From a virus: a stretch of DNA of 64,000 nucleotides. The stretch lies in the IMG/VR virus record IMGVR_UViG_3300046387_000246, positions 11,494 to 75,493 of that record; one strand, 5' to 3'. Positions 30,663-41,700 of the stretch are shown piece by piece. The notes beneath the pieces were generated by a model. It saw only the letters and a list, made by a program, of their open reading frames with translations, ran no database searches and was not told the DNA's origin. Positions within the stretch are counted from its first letter, which is position 1. Every line of letters starts with the position of its first letter. The position numbers and the translations under genes were made by a program.

Positions 30663-32327
30663 ATGGCTAAACAGAATCTTAATATTGGTGTAAGTGCCAA
30701 TGATGGAACAGGTGATACCCTGAGAGATGGTGCTATAAAAGTTAATAATGTTATTAACGAAATGTATGCGGCTCTTGGAGATAATACAAACTTACAAATT
30801 TCAATCGGATCACCTTCGACCAACCAAGTCCTAAAATGGAATGGTTCAGTATTTACTGAAGGACAACTTGCAGCATCTAATCTGACAGACGTGGACGTTA
30901 GTGGGGTTACTAATGGACAGGTTCTTAAGTGGAATACTGCAAATGCTCGCTGGCAGCCAGGCGACGATCTACAAGGAGCAGGTGGTGGTGGATCTGCAAT
31001 CAACAACCTAACCAATAATGGTTCTGGTAACGTTGTTATACAAACTCACTTATTGCCTAATAGTGATAATACATACGACTTAGGATCTCCTACATTACGT
31101 TTTAGGGATGCTTACCTGTATAACGCTTCATTATGGTTAGGCGAAACTGCACTCTCTACTGATCCTACATCTCAAGAGATGCAACGTAAGAAACGTCAAG
31201 AACATACTGTACAAACTATTGACACTGGTGCTACTCGTACCGTTCAATCTAAATTGTCTTCTGAAGACTCAACACAAGAGGAGAAGTTTAGATTGCGTTT
31301 CAATGCTATGAAAGCTGGTACTAAGTTACATATTGAAGATAGTAATGGTGCGAAGGCAGAAGTAGAATTCACTTCATTTACTGCTGAAGCAGGTGCTTCT
31401 AGAGGATCTATTCAAGTTGCTGCTGTTGGTGCTAACCAATCACAAGAACTATCTACTGCAAGTGCTGTTAAGATTACATCTATCAACCGTATGTTATCTG
31501 AAGATGAAACAGGTAAAGTTGATATTAGTGGACAAGATTTAGATTTTGGTGGTAGTAATAAACTATTCTTTGATGACTCTGGTGTTTTAGAACTTACTGG
31601 ATCTAAGATTCGTTTTGGTGCTTCTGGTTCTAAGAAACTTATAGAATTTGATGGTAATGATAACCTAGTTCTTGATCAAGATACTGAGATACAATTTGGA
31701 GCAACACATAAATTGGCGATGGACTCATCTGGTAACCTGACGGTACCCGATGGGGAAATCAGGTTTGGTTCTTCTGCGAGGAAACTTAAGGTTGACTCTG
31801 ATGGAAACCTTGAACTACCAGCAGATGGTGAGATCAAGATTGGAACCAAGCGTATGAAGATTGGTAGTAACGGTACTTTAGACGTTGCTAACGATGGTAC
31901 TACCTTCACTGAAGTTGGTGGTGGATTCCAGACTCAGATTGGTAATGCTCCAGCTGGTGCATCTATCATTAAGGGTCACCAAAATGCGACTGTATACAAA
32001 CCTTCACCTGCGTTTTTATACAGGTTTACTGCATCAGGTCAGTCTGCATACTTAGTAAACGGACCTGGCTTGCCAAGCAACGCATCCAATCCTACTACTT
32101 TGGTATTCCATAGAGGATTTACTTATGATCTTCATAACCAAGCAGGTGGTGTACATCCTTTGAGATTACAAACAACAACTGGTACTTCGGGTACTCCATA
32201 TACTACAGGTATTACTGGTGATCAATCTGGTATGCAAGAATTTGTAGTTCCTATGGATGCACCAAATACCTTGTATTTACAATGTACTGCACATACTCCA
32301 ATGGTATGTACTATTACTGTAAAATGA
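30663..32327 (+). CDS. g9: Baseplate wedge tail-fibre connector, gp9/gp10-like, with C-terminal cupredoxin-like domain
   Basis: N-terminal MAKQNLNIG..ANDGTGDTLRDG..KVN....E.Y matches the T4 gp9/gp10 N-terminal motif. Fibre-like repeats follow. Confidence 0.7.
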   Translation: MAKQNLNIGVSANDGTGDTLRDGAIKVNNVINEMYAALGDNTNLQISIGSPSTNQVLKWNGSVFTEGQLAASNLTDVDVSGVTNGQVLKWNTANARWQPGDDLQGAGGGGSAINNLTNNGSGNVVIQTHLLPNSDNTYDLGSPTLRFRDAYLYNASLWLGETALSTDPTSQEMQRKKRQEHTVQTIDTGATRTVQSKLSSEDSTQEEKFRLRFNAMKAGTKLHIEDSNGAKAEVEFTSFTAEAGASRGSIQVAAVGANQSQELSTASAVKITSINRMLSEDETGKVDISGQDLDFGGSNKLFFDDSGVLELTGSKIRFGASGSKKLIEFDGNDNLVLDQDTEIQFGATHKLAMDSSGNLTVPDGEIRFGSSARKLKVDSDGNLELPADGEIKIGTKRMKIGSNGTLDVANDGTTFTEVGGGFQTQIGNAPAGASIIKGHQNATVYKPSPAFLYRFTASGQSAYLVNGPGLPSNASNPTTLVFHRGFTYDLHNQAGGVHPLRLQTTTGTSGTPYTTGITGDQSGMQEFVVPMDAPNTLYLQCTAHTPMVCTITVK

Positions 32328-32330
32328 TAA

Positions 32331-34205
32331 ATGACAAGAACCGTCCCAGGCACAGGAGCAAAAATTGAACCACTCTTTAACTCTATATTTGGTGTTCGAG
32401 ATGTTTATGTGGTGGATGGTGGTAGTGGCTATAACAGCTCTGATCCTCCCCACTTAAAGATATCTAACTGCGGTACTCCAATTCGAGATGCAATACTTGA
32501 ACCAGTTATTGAAAACGGTCAAATTGCATCTGTTAAGGTCTTGGATCCTGGTGAAGGATATGATCCTTTTAGAATAGATGTTGAAACATCTGGAAATGGT
32601 TCAGGTGCATTTGCATCTGCTGTCTTATGGGAAACAGATCAATATGATCAGTTAGGAAATCTTCTTGCTCCTGCTGGATCAATTCAATATATACAAGTAT
32701 TATCTAACGGTGACGAATACTTTTCAGATGCTACAACTGCTACTATAAAAGGTGGTGGTGGATCTGGAGCAGAATTACGTCCTGTTGTGGGATTAGTTAC
32801 TGGTTTGTCTTTGGAGACTGCTGGTGCTAATTATGAGATAGGGGATGTAAACCTCATAGTCTCTGGTGGCGGGGGTCAAGGTGCTACAGGTGTTACCGAA
32901 GTCAGTGAATTTGGTATCGTTAAGAATATAACCATATCAAATCAAGGTGAGTTTTATGAAACTCCTCCTGTTATTCTATTGAATGGTGGTGGTGGATCTG
33001 GTGGTAAAGCAGAAGCAACAGTAAATCTTGGTGCTATTACTAGCATTGATATTAGTAATCCTGGTGGTGGTTATTCTAGTAACCCATCAGTTATCTTTAC
33101 TAGAAATACTGATCTAACAAAACAGTCAAGAACCAGACAATCATTTAACTCAACATTATATGATATAAGTGGTCTTCTTAAAGACGTTGATGAAAATGAT
33201 GAAACAGTCTTTGTTCAAACGACAGCTCCTTATCCAGGATCAGGTAAGATCCTACTTGGTAGGGAGGTTATTCGTTATACAGGAAAGACTCTTACATCAT
33301 TTACTGGATGTGACCGTGCTCTAAACTTTAGATACGATCAAAAAGTTGTATTAGATACTCTCTCAGATATTGACGGTGTATCTAACTATGACTTTAATGT
33401 TGGTGATAGAGTTGTAAGAACTAATGAGAGTTCTGGTAATAAGATTGCTAGAGTATATGATTGGATTCCAGAAACACGTGCTTTATATTTGGTATTTGAG
33501 GTAGACGAACTAGCATTCATTGATGGTGGTTCTTCTAAGATGGTATCACAGGTGATTGACTTTTCTGGTGGTGTATCTGCTGCATCTGCTACAGGTGTTG
33601 AACCTCATATCTTGATTGATGCACCTGGTGAAAAGATTATTACTTTAACAGTTCCTATTCAGGATATCCCAGATAAAGCATTCCAAGATATCGCTGAATT
33701 ACAAGGTTTGGGTGATGGTATCCCTGACCTGGTAAATACTAATACCGATTTCGAAGGTGAAATCAGTCTTGATGGTGGTATTGCATCATCTTTATATGGT
33801 ATTGAAGAAACCCTCGGTGGTACTAACACAACTCTGTTTGCAGTTGGTGACCAAATGACTGACGGTTCTAAACCATCTTTATCACCTACTGTTTCCATTG
33901 CTGGAGAACTTGGTGATGGTGATTATCATTATGCTTATGTTGATTTTGAGTTCCGTAGTCTCGATGCTAGTGGTTCTCAAAACTTTAGTGTTGATGAGAC
34001 TGTCACTGGTTCTATTACTGGAATCACTGCTACAGTTATGACTTGGGATGCAACAACAAAAATACTAAGAGTTAAATCCGTTGTTGAAAATAATGGAAAT
34101 TCACTCTGGAATGGCAACGAATTAATCACTGGTTCTTCGACTGGTGCAGTGGGTACGATCAAACAAATCTTGTATCCATCGAGTATTCGAAACGAGCCTG
34201 ATTAA
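32331..34205 (+). CDS. Virion/baseplate structural protein with Gly-rich GxGY..P beta repeats
   Basis: Has the same repeat types as the giant protein and lies between gp9-like and gp8; 624 aa. Confidence 0.7.
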   Translation: MTRTVPGTGAKIEPLFNSIFGVRDVYVVDGGSGYNSSDPPHLKISNCGTPIRDAILEPVIENGQIASVKVLDPGEGYDPFRIDVETSGNGSGAFASAVLWETDQYDQLGNLLAPAGSIQYIQVLSNGDEYFSDATTATIKGGGGSGAELRPVVGLVTGLSLETAGANYEIGDVNLIVSGGGGQGATGVTEVSEFGIVKNITISNQGEFYETPPVILLNGGGGSGGKAEATVNLGAITSIDISNPGGGYSSNPSVIFTRNTDLTKQSRTRQSFNSTLYDISGLLKDVDENDETVFVQTTAPYPGSGKILLGREVIRYTGKTLTSFTGCDRALNFRYDQKVVLDTLSDIDGVSNYDFNVGDRVVRTNESSGNKIARVYDWIPETRALYLVFEVDELAFIDGGSSKMVSQVIDFSGGVSAASATGVEPHILIDAPGEKIITLTVPIQDIPDKAFQDIAELQGLGDGIPDLVNTNTDFEGEISLDGGIASSLYGIEETLGGTNTTLFAVGDQMTDGSKPSLSPTVSIAGELGDGDYHYAYVDFEFRSLDASGSQNFSVDETVTGSITGITATVMTWDATTKILRVKSVVENNGNSLWNGNELITGSSTGAVGTIKQILYPSSIRNEPD

Positions 34206-34211
34206 ACCCAG

Positions 34212-34219
34212 TATAAATA
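34212..34219 (+). promoter_or_regulatory. T4-type late promoter (TATAAATA)
   Basis: Perfect consensus, intergenic, followed by an AAGGAAGG RBS and the g8 start. Confidence 0.8.
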
Positions 34220-34240
34220 AAAGGAAGGCAATAGTATCCA

Positions 34241-35776
34241 ATGGCATTACTAACCGATCAATTTAGAATTTTTACCGCAGAGAAGTTCATCAAATCGCTT
34301 GAAGGTCCTGATAAGAACCAGAGCGATATAGCTGCTGGTGCGAACAGAGATCGCTTGTATGTTTTTATTGGACGACCTCAAGAGTGGGATAATGAAAATA
34401 ACCCACCGACTCCTGTTGACTCTTTCCAAGAGTTCTCAGATAGTTACGATGATATGATCTCGATGAAGCGTGTTCTAGCGAATGACGCTGTTCAGGTTAT
34501 ACGTCGTATTGACTGGATTCCCCCAGAACAAACAACTGGTGGTTTGGGTTATGTGTACGATATGTATCGTCACGATTATTCATCCAGTAAGACAGCATCT
34601 TCTGGTGCTACTAAATTATATGACGCAGATTTCTACGTTGTAAACTCATCTTATCAAGCATATAAGTGTATCTACAACGGAACAAGTCCAAGTGATCCTA
34701 ATGGTAAACCATCAACGGTTGAACCTACAGGTACTTCTACATCTATCATCACAACTGCTGATGGTTATCGTTGGAAGTATATGTTTACGATCCCAGTTGG
34801 ACAAGTTTTGAAATTCTTCTCAGGCGATTATATGCCTGTGTTACAAGACACTGCTGTTCAATCCGACGCTGTTGGTGGTGAGATTGATACAGTGGTTATC
34901 CAATCATCTGGTTCGGGGTACAACAATGGTACATATGAAAACATTCCTATTAAAGGAGACGGTACTGGTGGACGCATATCTGTTGTGGTTGACGGTGGTC
35001 GTATCGTTAGTGCTACTGTAACGTCTGGAGGATCTAATTATTCCTTCGGTAAAGTTATCATTGATGAAATCAATGGTATTGGTGCAGGTACTGGTAGTGG
35101 TGGTGCTATTGACGTTATCATCCCTCCTAAAGGTGGTCACGGATCTAACCCTGCAATCGAACTTGGAGGTTTCCGAGTTATGATTAACACGAAGTTTACC
35201 TACGATGAAGGATCAGGTGACTTCCCAACTGATAACGATTACAGACGTATCGGTCTAGTTCTAAACCCATTGAAATATGGTACTGAAGAATTAGGTGATG
35301 CTATTACATTATCTTCCACAAACGCTGTGATATTTTCTCCAGATTTTACAGGATCCTTTAACACTGATGAAATTATTACTCAAACTCGTACTATTGGTGG
35401 TCAACAGGTCACTGCTAGGGGTAGAGTTGTTTCTTGGAATAGCACAACTAAAGTTCTGAAATACTATCAGAATAGAGTTGACGGTATCTTCCCAGAAATT
35501 TCTGGTAATAAAACTGTATTTGATGGAGGTAATACTATCGTTGGTTCAGGTTCTGGTACTTCAGCCGACCCTGATATTAACTTCCCAATCATTCCTGGTG
35601 AAGCAACACGTGTTATTAATAACACTGAATATGATCTCGGTATGTCATTCACATCTGGTTACGCCAAACCTGAAGTGAAAAAGGACTCTGGAAAAGTCAT
35701 CTACATAGACAATAGGAGAGCAATCTCCCGTGCTGGCGACCAAATTGAAGACATTAAGATCGTAGTAGAGTTCTAA
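34241..35776 (+). CDS. g8: Baseplate wedge subunit gp8
   Basis: LYVFIGRPQEW, YKCIYNG, DGYRWKYMFTI, NDYRRIGL and YIDNR.AISRA.DQ.EDIKIVVEF motifs. Confidence 0.92.
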   Translation: MALLTDQFRIFTAEKFIKSLEGPDKNQSDIAAGANRDRLYVFIGRPQEWDNENNPPTPVDSFQEFSDSYDDMISMKRVLANDAVQVIRRIDWIPPEQTTGGLGYVYDMYRHDYSSSKTASSGATKLYDADFYVVNSSYQAYKCIYNGTSPSDPNGKPSTVEPTGTSTSIITTADGYRWKYMFTIPVGQVLKFFSGDYMPVLQDTAVQSDAVGGEIDTVVIQSSGSGYNNGTYENIPIKGDGTGGRISVVVDGGRIVSATVTSGGSNYSFGKVIIDEINGIGAGTGSGGAIDVIIPPKGGHGSNPAIELGGFRVMINTKFTYDEGSGDFPTDNDYRRIGLVLNPLKYGTEELGDAITLSSTNAVIFSPDFTGSFNTDEIITQTRTIGGQQVTARGRVVSWNSTTKVLKYYQNRVDGIFPEISGNKTVFDGGNTIVGSGSGTSADPDINFPIIPGEATRVINNTEYDLGMSFTSGYAKPEVKKDSGKVIYIDNRRAISRAGDQIEDIKIVVEF

Positions 35777-35780
35777 AACA

Positions 35781-38700
35781 ATGCCACAGAATACCAATCT
35801 GAACATATCGCCATATTTTGACGATTTCGACGCGGCTAATAACTTTTATCGTGTGTTATTCCGTCCTGGATATCCTATCCAAGCGAGAGAATTAACAACG
35901 ATGCAAAGTCTGATGCAGAATCAGATTGAGTCGTTTGGTTCTCATATGTTCAAGGATGGCAGTATGGTCATTCCTGGTCAGATTGGTTATGACTTAGATG
36001 CAAAAGCAGTTATACTTCAAGGATCATTCTTAGGTGCAGACGTTGAGCAATATAGAACACAGTTAGACGGAAAGATTATCAGTGGTTTGACTACTGGTGT
36101 AAAAGCAAAAATTATTTTTAGTATTCCTTCAGCAACTTCTGAAAGAGGATACATTACATTATACGTTAAGTATCTAACATCTGGTGGTGAGGAATCTACT
36201 GAAGCAACCTTTGTTGATAACGAACAGTTAATTTGTGAGTCTGAAATCACTTATGGTAGTTCTTTGATTGAGATCGGAACTCCATTTTCACAGTTGTTAC
36301 CTACTGGTTCTACTGCTGTGGGTTCTACTGCTACCATTTCTAATGGTGTATATTTTATTAGAGGATACTTTGTTGACATCGTAGAGCAAACTATCATTCT
36401 TGATCAATATACAAACAGTCCATCTTATAGGGTTGGTCTTGAGATCTTTGAATCCATTGTTACTCCTGAAGATGATCCTGCACTAAACGATAATGCTACA
36501 GGTACTTCTAACTACTCTGCTCCTGGTGGTCACAGATTTAGAATCAGAACCAGTCTAGTTAAGAAGGTTATCGATGATGATACAGATAAAAACTTCATCG
36601 AACTTTTAAGAATTAATAATTCTCAAATTGAGAGTTTTGTAGAACGTTCAGCATATAATGAATTAGCAAGAGAGATGGCTCGTCGTACATTTGATGAGTC
36701 TGGTGACTATACTGTTAGAGATTTTGATATCCGTGTAAGGGAACATCAGAACGATGGTATCAATGGTGGTGTATATTTACCTGGTGAAACATCTCCTGAT
36801 GGTGTTGCATCATCTGATGCATACTTTGCTGTTGAGATCGGACCTGGTAAAGCGTATGTTAGAGGATATGAATCTGAAACTCTAGTTCCTACATTCGCTG
36901 ACTTAGAGAAATCAAGGAGTACTGTTGCATTACAGAACTCTATTATCCCATTTGAACTTGGCAACTTTATGCTAGGTGCAAATGTTAAAGGTTCTCCTAT
37001 TATTAATGGTAATAATATTACAGAAAACTATCAGGTTATTGAGTTTAGAGATATTGCACCAGGTGGTAACCTAACTGCATCTGGTACTTGTATTGGATAT
37101 GGTCGTGTTGCAGCATTTGAGTATCATACTGGTACAAGTGCTGTTGCTTCAAATACTATTTTCAAAGCATACATCTTCGATTTACAACCACTTACTGTAA
37201 TGAAGATGAGTGGTAATGTTACTGTAAACCAAGGACACGTCATTAGAGGACGTAGTTCTAAAGCAAAAGCATTTGTAGAAGCAGATTATACTGGTGTTGA
37301 TTTAATTAAAGTATATCAAGTCTATGGACAGTTTAGAGATGGTGAAGTTATTGAAAGAGATGGTGTAGAAATTGGTACTCTAAGTGATTTCTATCAGTAT
37401 GAGATTACTGATTCTAAAGGAATCATTGGTAAAGATCCAGATACTAATGCTATTAGATTTGCAATGGACTTCCTATTAGATCAGGAAACAATCGTTGCAG
37501 GTTCTAACTTCAATATTAATGGTAATCCTTCTGGTACTCTTACAGGTACACAGTCTAACTTTACTTTAGACTTGAGACCTGGTGACATCCTAACTGTTAA
37601 TGGTGTTGCTGAACTACAGATAGATTTAATTTCTACAGTTTCAACTAACATTGATAATCAGATTACCAGTGCTACATCTGCTGCATATAGTAGTAACGCA
37701 GTTCCTATTCCTAATGGTGACTATGGATTTATTGTAAGACGTAGACCACAGATTTATGATAGTGAAACTGCTGATTTGATGATTGAGATGCCTAAACCAT
37801 CTATCAAATCAATCGCTGATGAATCTGCTATTGTTGCAAGATCATTTGATGATATTACTGTTACTGGTGCTAATGACTTTACAATCTCATTACCAGCAGA
37901 CGAACAGTTCCTTGCATATGATAAAGATCATTACCAGTTAGTTGAACTAGCACCTACAGCAGGTACTCTAATTGATATTGCAGCTTCTCATTCATTTAAC
38001 ACAACTGGTACTCCTAGGACATCATTAACTGTCACAGGTCTAACAGGTGTAAGTTCTTGTCGTATGATTACCTCAGTTTCTAAGAACCAAGCTGAGAAGA
38101 AGTTGAAAAATGCTACTGAAATGGAAGTGATGAAGGTTGAGCGTACTGCTAACTCTTCTGATAATATTAGATATGGTTTAACTTATGGTTCTTTATATGG
38201 TACACGTATTGAAGACGAAGAGGTATCTCTAGGTTCTACTGACGTATATCATATTCACGCAGTATTCGAATCTAACGATGACAACGCTGCTGTCATTCCT
38301 CATATGACTTTCCAAGATGCAACCATCTTTAAGAAAGGTACTATCATCGAGGGTGCGACATCTAAAGCAAAAGCACGTGTTGTTAACTTCAACTCAGTGT
38401 CGTATGTATGCCACTTTGTATATGAAAATGAAAATAGATTCTCTCTTGGAGAAAGTGTTAGTGGTTTTGATGCAAACAATAATGTAATTTCAGGTCTAGT
38501 TAATGACGCGGATAATAGTATTAATAATGGTTCAAGAAATATTACTGCTAACTTCTATCTTGATCCTAACCAAAAAGGGCATTTTTATGATGTAAGTAAA
38601 CTACTAAGGTATGCATCTTCTGGTGCACCTCTTCGTAAGTTGATGATCGTATTTAACCGATTCACTCACGAAGCAACAGGTGACTACTTTGCTGCTCAAT

Positions 38701-41700
38701 CTTATGTTGGTATTGATTATTCTAGCATTCCAAGTGTTTCATTCAATGGTGAGAGTAGAGAACTCAGAGATGTTCTTGACTTCAGACCTGCCGTAACTCC
38801 AGTTCTTTCTGGATCAGGAACGGTTGGATCACCATACTATGTTAACTGTGCATCGTTAGACTTTAAAGATAGAGGATTCTCTTCTGGTGGTGTTTCAAAT
38901 AACGCTACGATTATTGATATTCCAAAACCAGAATCAGACTTCCGTTGTGACTATGATTATTATGTAAGTAGAATTGATAAGTTATTCTTAACTGATCAAC
39001 AGAAATTCAAACTTGTTAAAGGTATTCCTGGTGAAGGAGATGATGTACCTGGTAATATTGATAATGCGATGTTACTTGCTACTTTATATCACGAACCTTA
39101 TGGATATGATCCTAGGAATGTAAAAATTGTTAGAGAAAACAACAGACGATTTACTATGCGTGATATCGGTCTGATTGAAAGACGTGTTGATAATTTAGAA
39201 TATTATACTGCCCTAAGTTTACTTGAACTAGAAACATCATCTATGTCTGTTAAAGACTCTGATGGTTTCGATAAGTTTAAGAATGGTTTCCTTGTAGATG
39301 ACTTTACATCTTTTGATTCAGCAGCAACACTACACGAAGACTTTGCTTGTGCTGTTGACTTTGCTGGTGGTCAGTTACGTGCATCACATTACACAACTAA
39401 TGTACCACTCCAATATAATGCTTCAGGATCTTCAGGAGTTACTTATCACACAACAGGAACTTTAACACTTCCATATGAAGAGATTACATTTATTGTTCAA
39501 CCTTATGCATCACGAGTTGAGAATGTAAACCCATTCAACGTGTTTGCTTACATTGGTAGATTAGATCTATTCCCATCATCTGATGACTGGGTAGATACAC
39601 GTCGTGCTCCTGATGAAGTTGTGAACTTAGAAGGTGATTTTACTGCACAGGTTCAACGTTTTGGAGGAGATACAAACACAGGATTTGTTCCAACACAATG
39701 GAACTCTTGGAGAACTAACTGGTCTTCAAGTTCTAATAGATCTGATACTCAGACTATGAGAAGGGGTTCTTGGCCATTCATTAGAAGGATTACAACTAAT
39801 ACTACAAATACAACCAGATCACAAACACGTTCTGGTATTAGAACTACTATCACACCAAGAATTGATAGACAATCTCTAGGTGATAAGGTAATTGAAAGGA
39901 CAGTAGTTCCATTTATTAGATCAAGAAACATTGCGTTTAAGATTCAACGTCTAAAACCAAATACAAGATTCTATGCTTTCATTGATAATGTCAACGTAAA
40001 TTATTACACCTCACCAAGATTAATTGAGGTTATTAAGAACCCAACTGATGATACTCGTACTAATAACACTCCATTTGTTAATGGTGAAACTGTTGTTGGT
40101 CAAACATCTGGTTGTAGATTAAGGATCGTAAGTCCAGACACAGGATTTGATGATGGTTTAAGTCCCTATGATAGTTCTGAACTACCAACATCTTATGCAT
40201 CTACCACACCTCTTCTTAACATCGATACTAAAACGATGTCTGAAACAGTTGCAGGTACTTACTTTGGTAACCCATTAGAAACTGAAATTCTAGTTGGTCA
40301 ATCTTCAGGTGCTCGTGCTGTTGTTAAAACAAAACGTTTAGTTGCAAACACTAACGGTGATATGGAAGGTATTATGTGGATACCTAATCCTGGTGTACAA
40401 ACTAACCCAAGATTTGCTACAGGTACACGTGTTATTAGATTAACAACTTCAGAAAAAGACTCTAGAGTTCCTGGTACTGTTGACTCTGCTGCATCTGCTA
40501 ACTACGTTGCATCTGGTGTCATCGAGACTAAGCAACAAACAATTCTTGCTGTTAGAAATGCTGACATTGTAAGAGATACAGTTGTTAGTGATCGTGTTGT
40601 TAACGATAACTCCACATCAACCAGAGACACAGGTTGGTATGACCCTCTTGCTCAGTCCTTCTTGGTTGAGTCTAAGGGTGGTGCATTTATTTCTAGTGCT
40701 GAATTGTATTTCAATACAAAGGATGCAAGAATTCCTGTATCAGTACAGATCAGAGAGATGGCAAATGGTTATCCAACTACTAAGGTTCTTGCTTTCTCTG
40801 ACGTTACTCTTCTACCTTCACAGATCAATCTATCTGAGAATGGTACAGTTTCTACAAGATTTACATTCCCATCACCTGTATACGTTACAGAGAATAGAGA
40901 ATACTGTTTAGTTGTTCTTTCTGACTCAAACGAATACAAACTCTGGATCTCCAGAATGGGTGAGGATGACGTTACTAATGACAGAACGATCTCTGAACAG
41001 CCATATGCTGGTGTTCTATTCAAATCACAGAACGCATCTACTTGGACTGCTGACCAGTATGAAGATTTAAAATTCAACATATACAAAGCTAGTTTTAGTA
41101 CCTCTGGTTCTGGTACTGCTATATTCAATAACTCTGAACTTGCTATAGGTAACAGTGGTATTGCTCAGTTACGTTCTAATCCAATCAAGACTCTAAAACC
41201 AGAGATTAAGATTATCCTTTCAGATCACCAAGCAAACTTTACTATCGGTGCTGAGATTACACAGACGGATACATCTCCTATACCTTCAGCGATTATTAGA
41301 TCTGTTGTACAAGGTATTTCAGGTTCATCTAATGCTTATATCATCGTTGATGATGTAAACGGAACATTTAGAGAAGGTGTTCAGTCTGGTTCTAATTACA
41401 TCTATAGACTTGTATCTTCAAGATCACTTGCTGATATTACATTAACTGGTGTGACAGGTACGTTTGCAACTGGTACTGCTGTAACAAATGGTACTGGTGC
41501 ATCTGGTATGGTCACCGCTTGGAATTCAGGTACTGGTGTTCTTTCAGTTAAGTCTGTTACTGGTACGTTTGCAGACGCAGACGCAATTCAACAAGAGACT
41601 GGTGGATCTACAACTGGATCTGGTACTATCGGATCTAGTGGTGTAACAGCAACTGGAGATGATATTAACGATTACCCTGCTGCTCCTATCTCATACTTCA

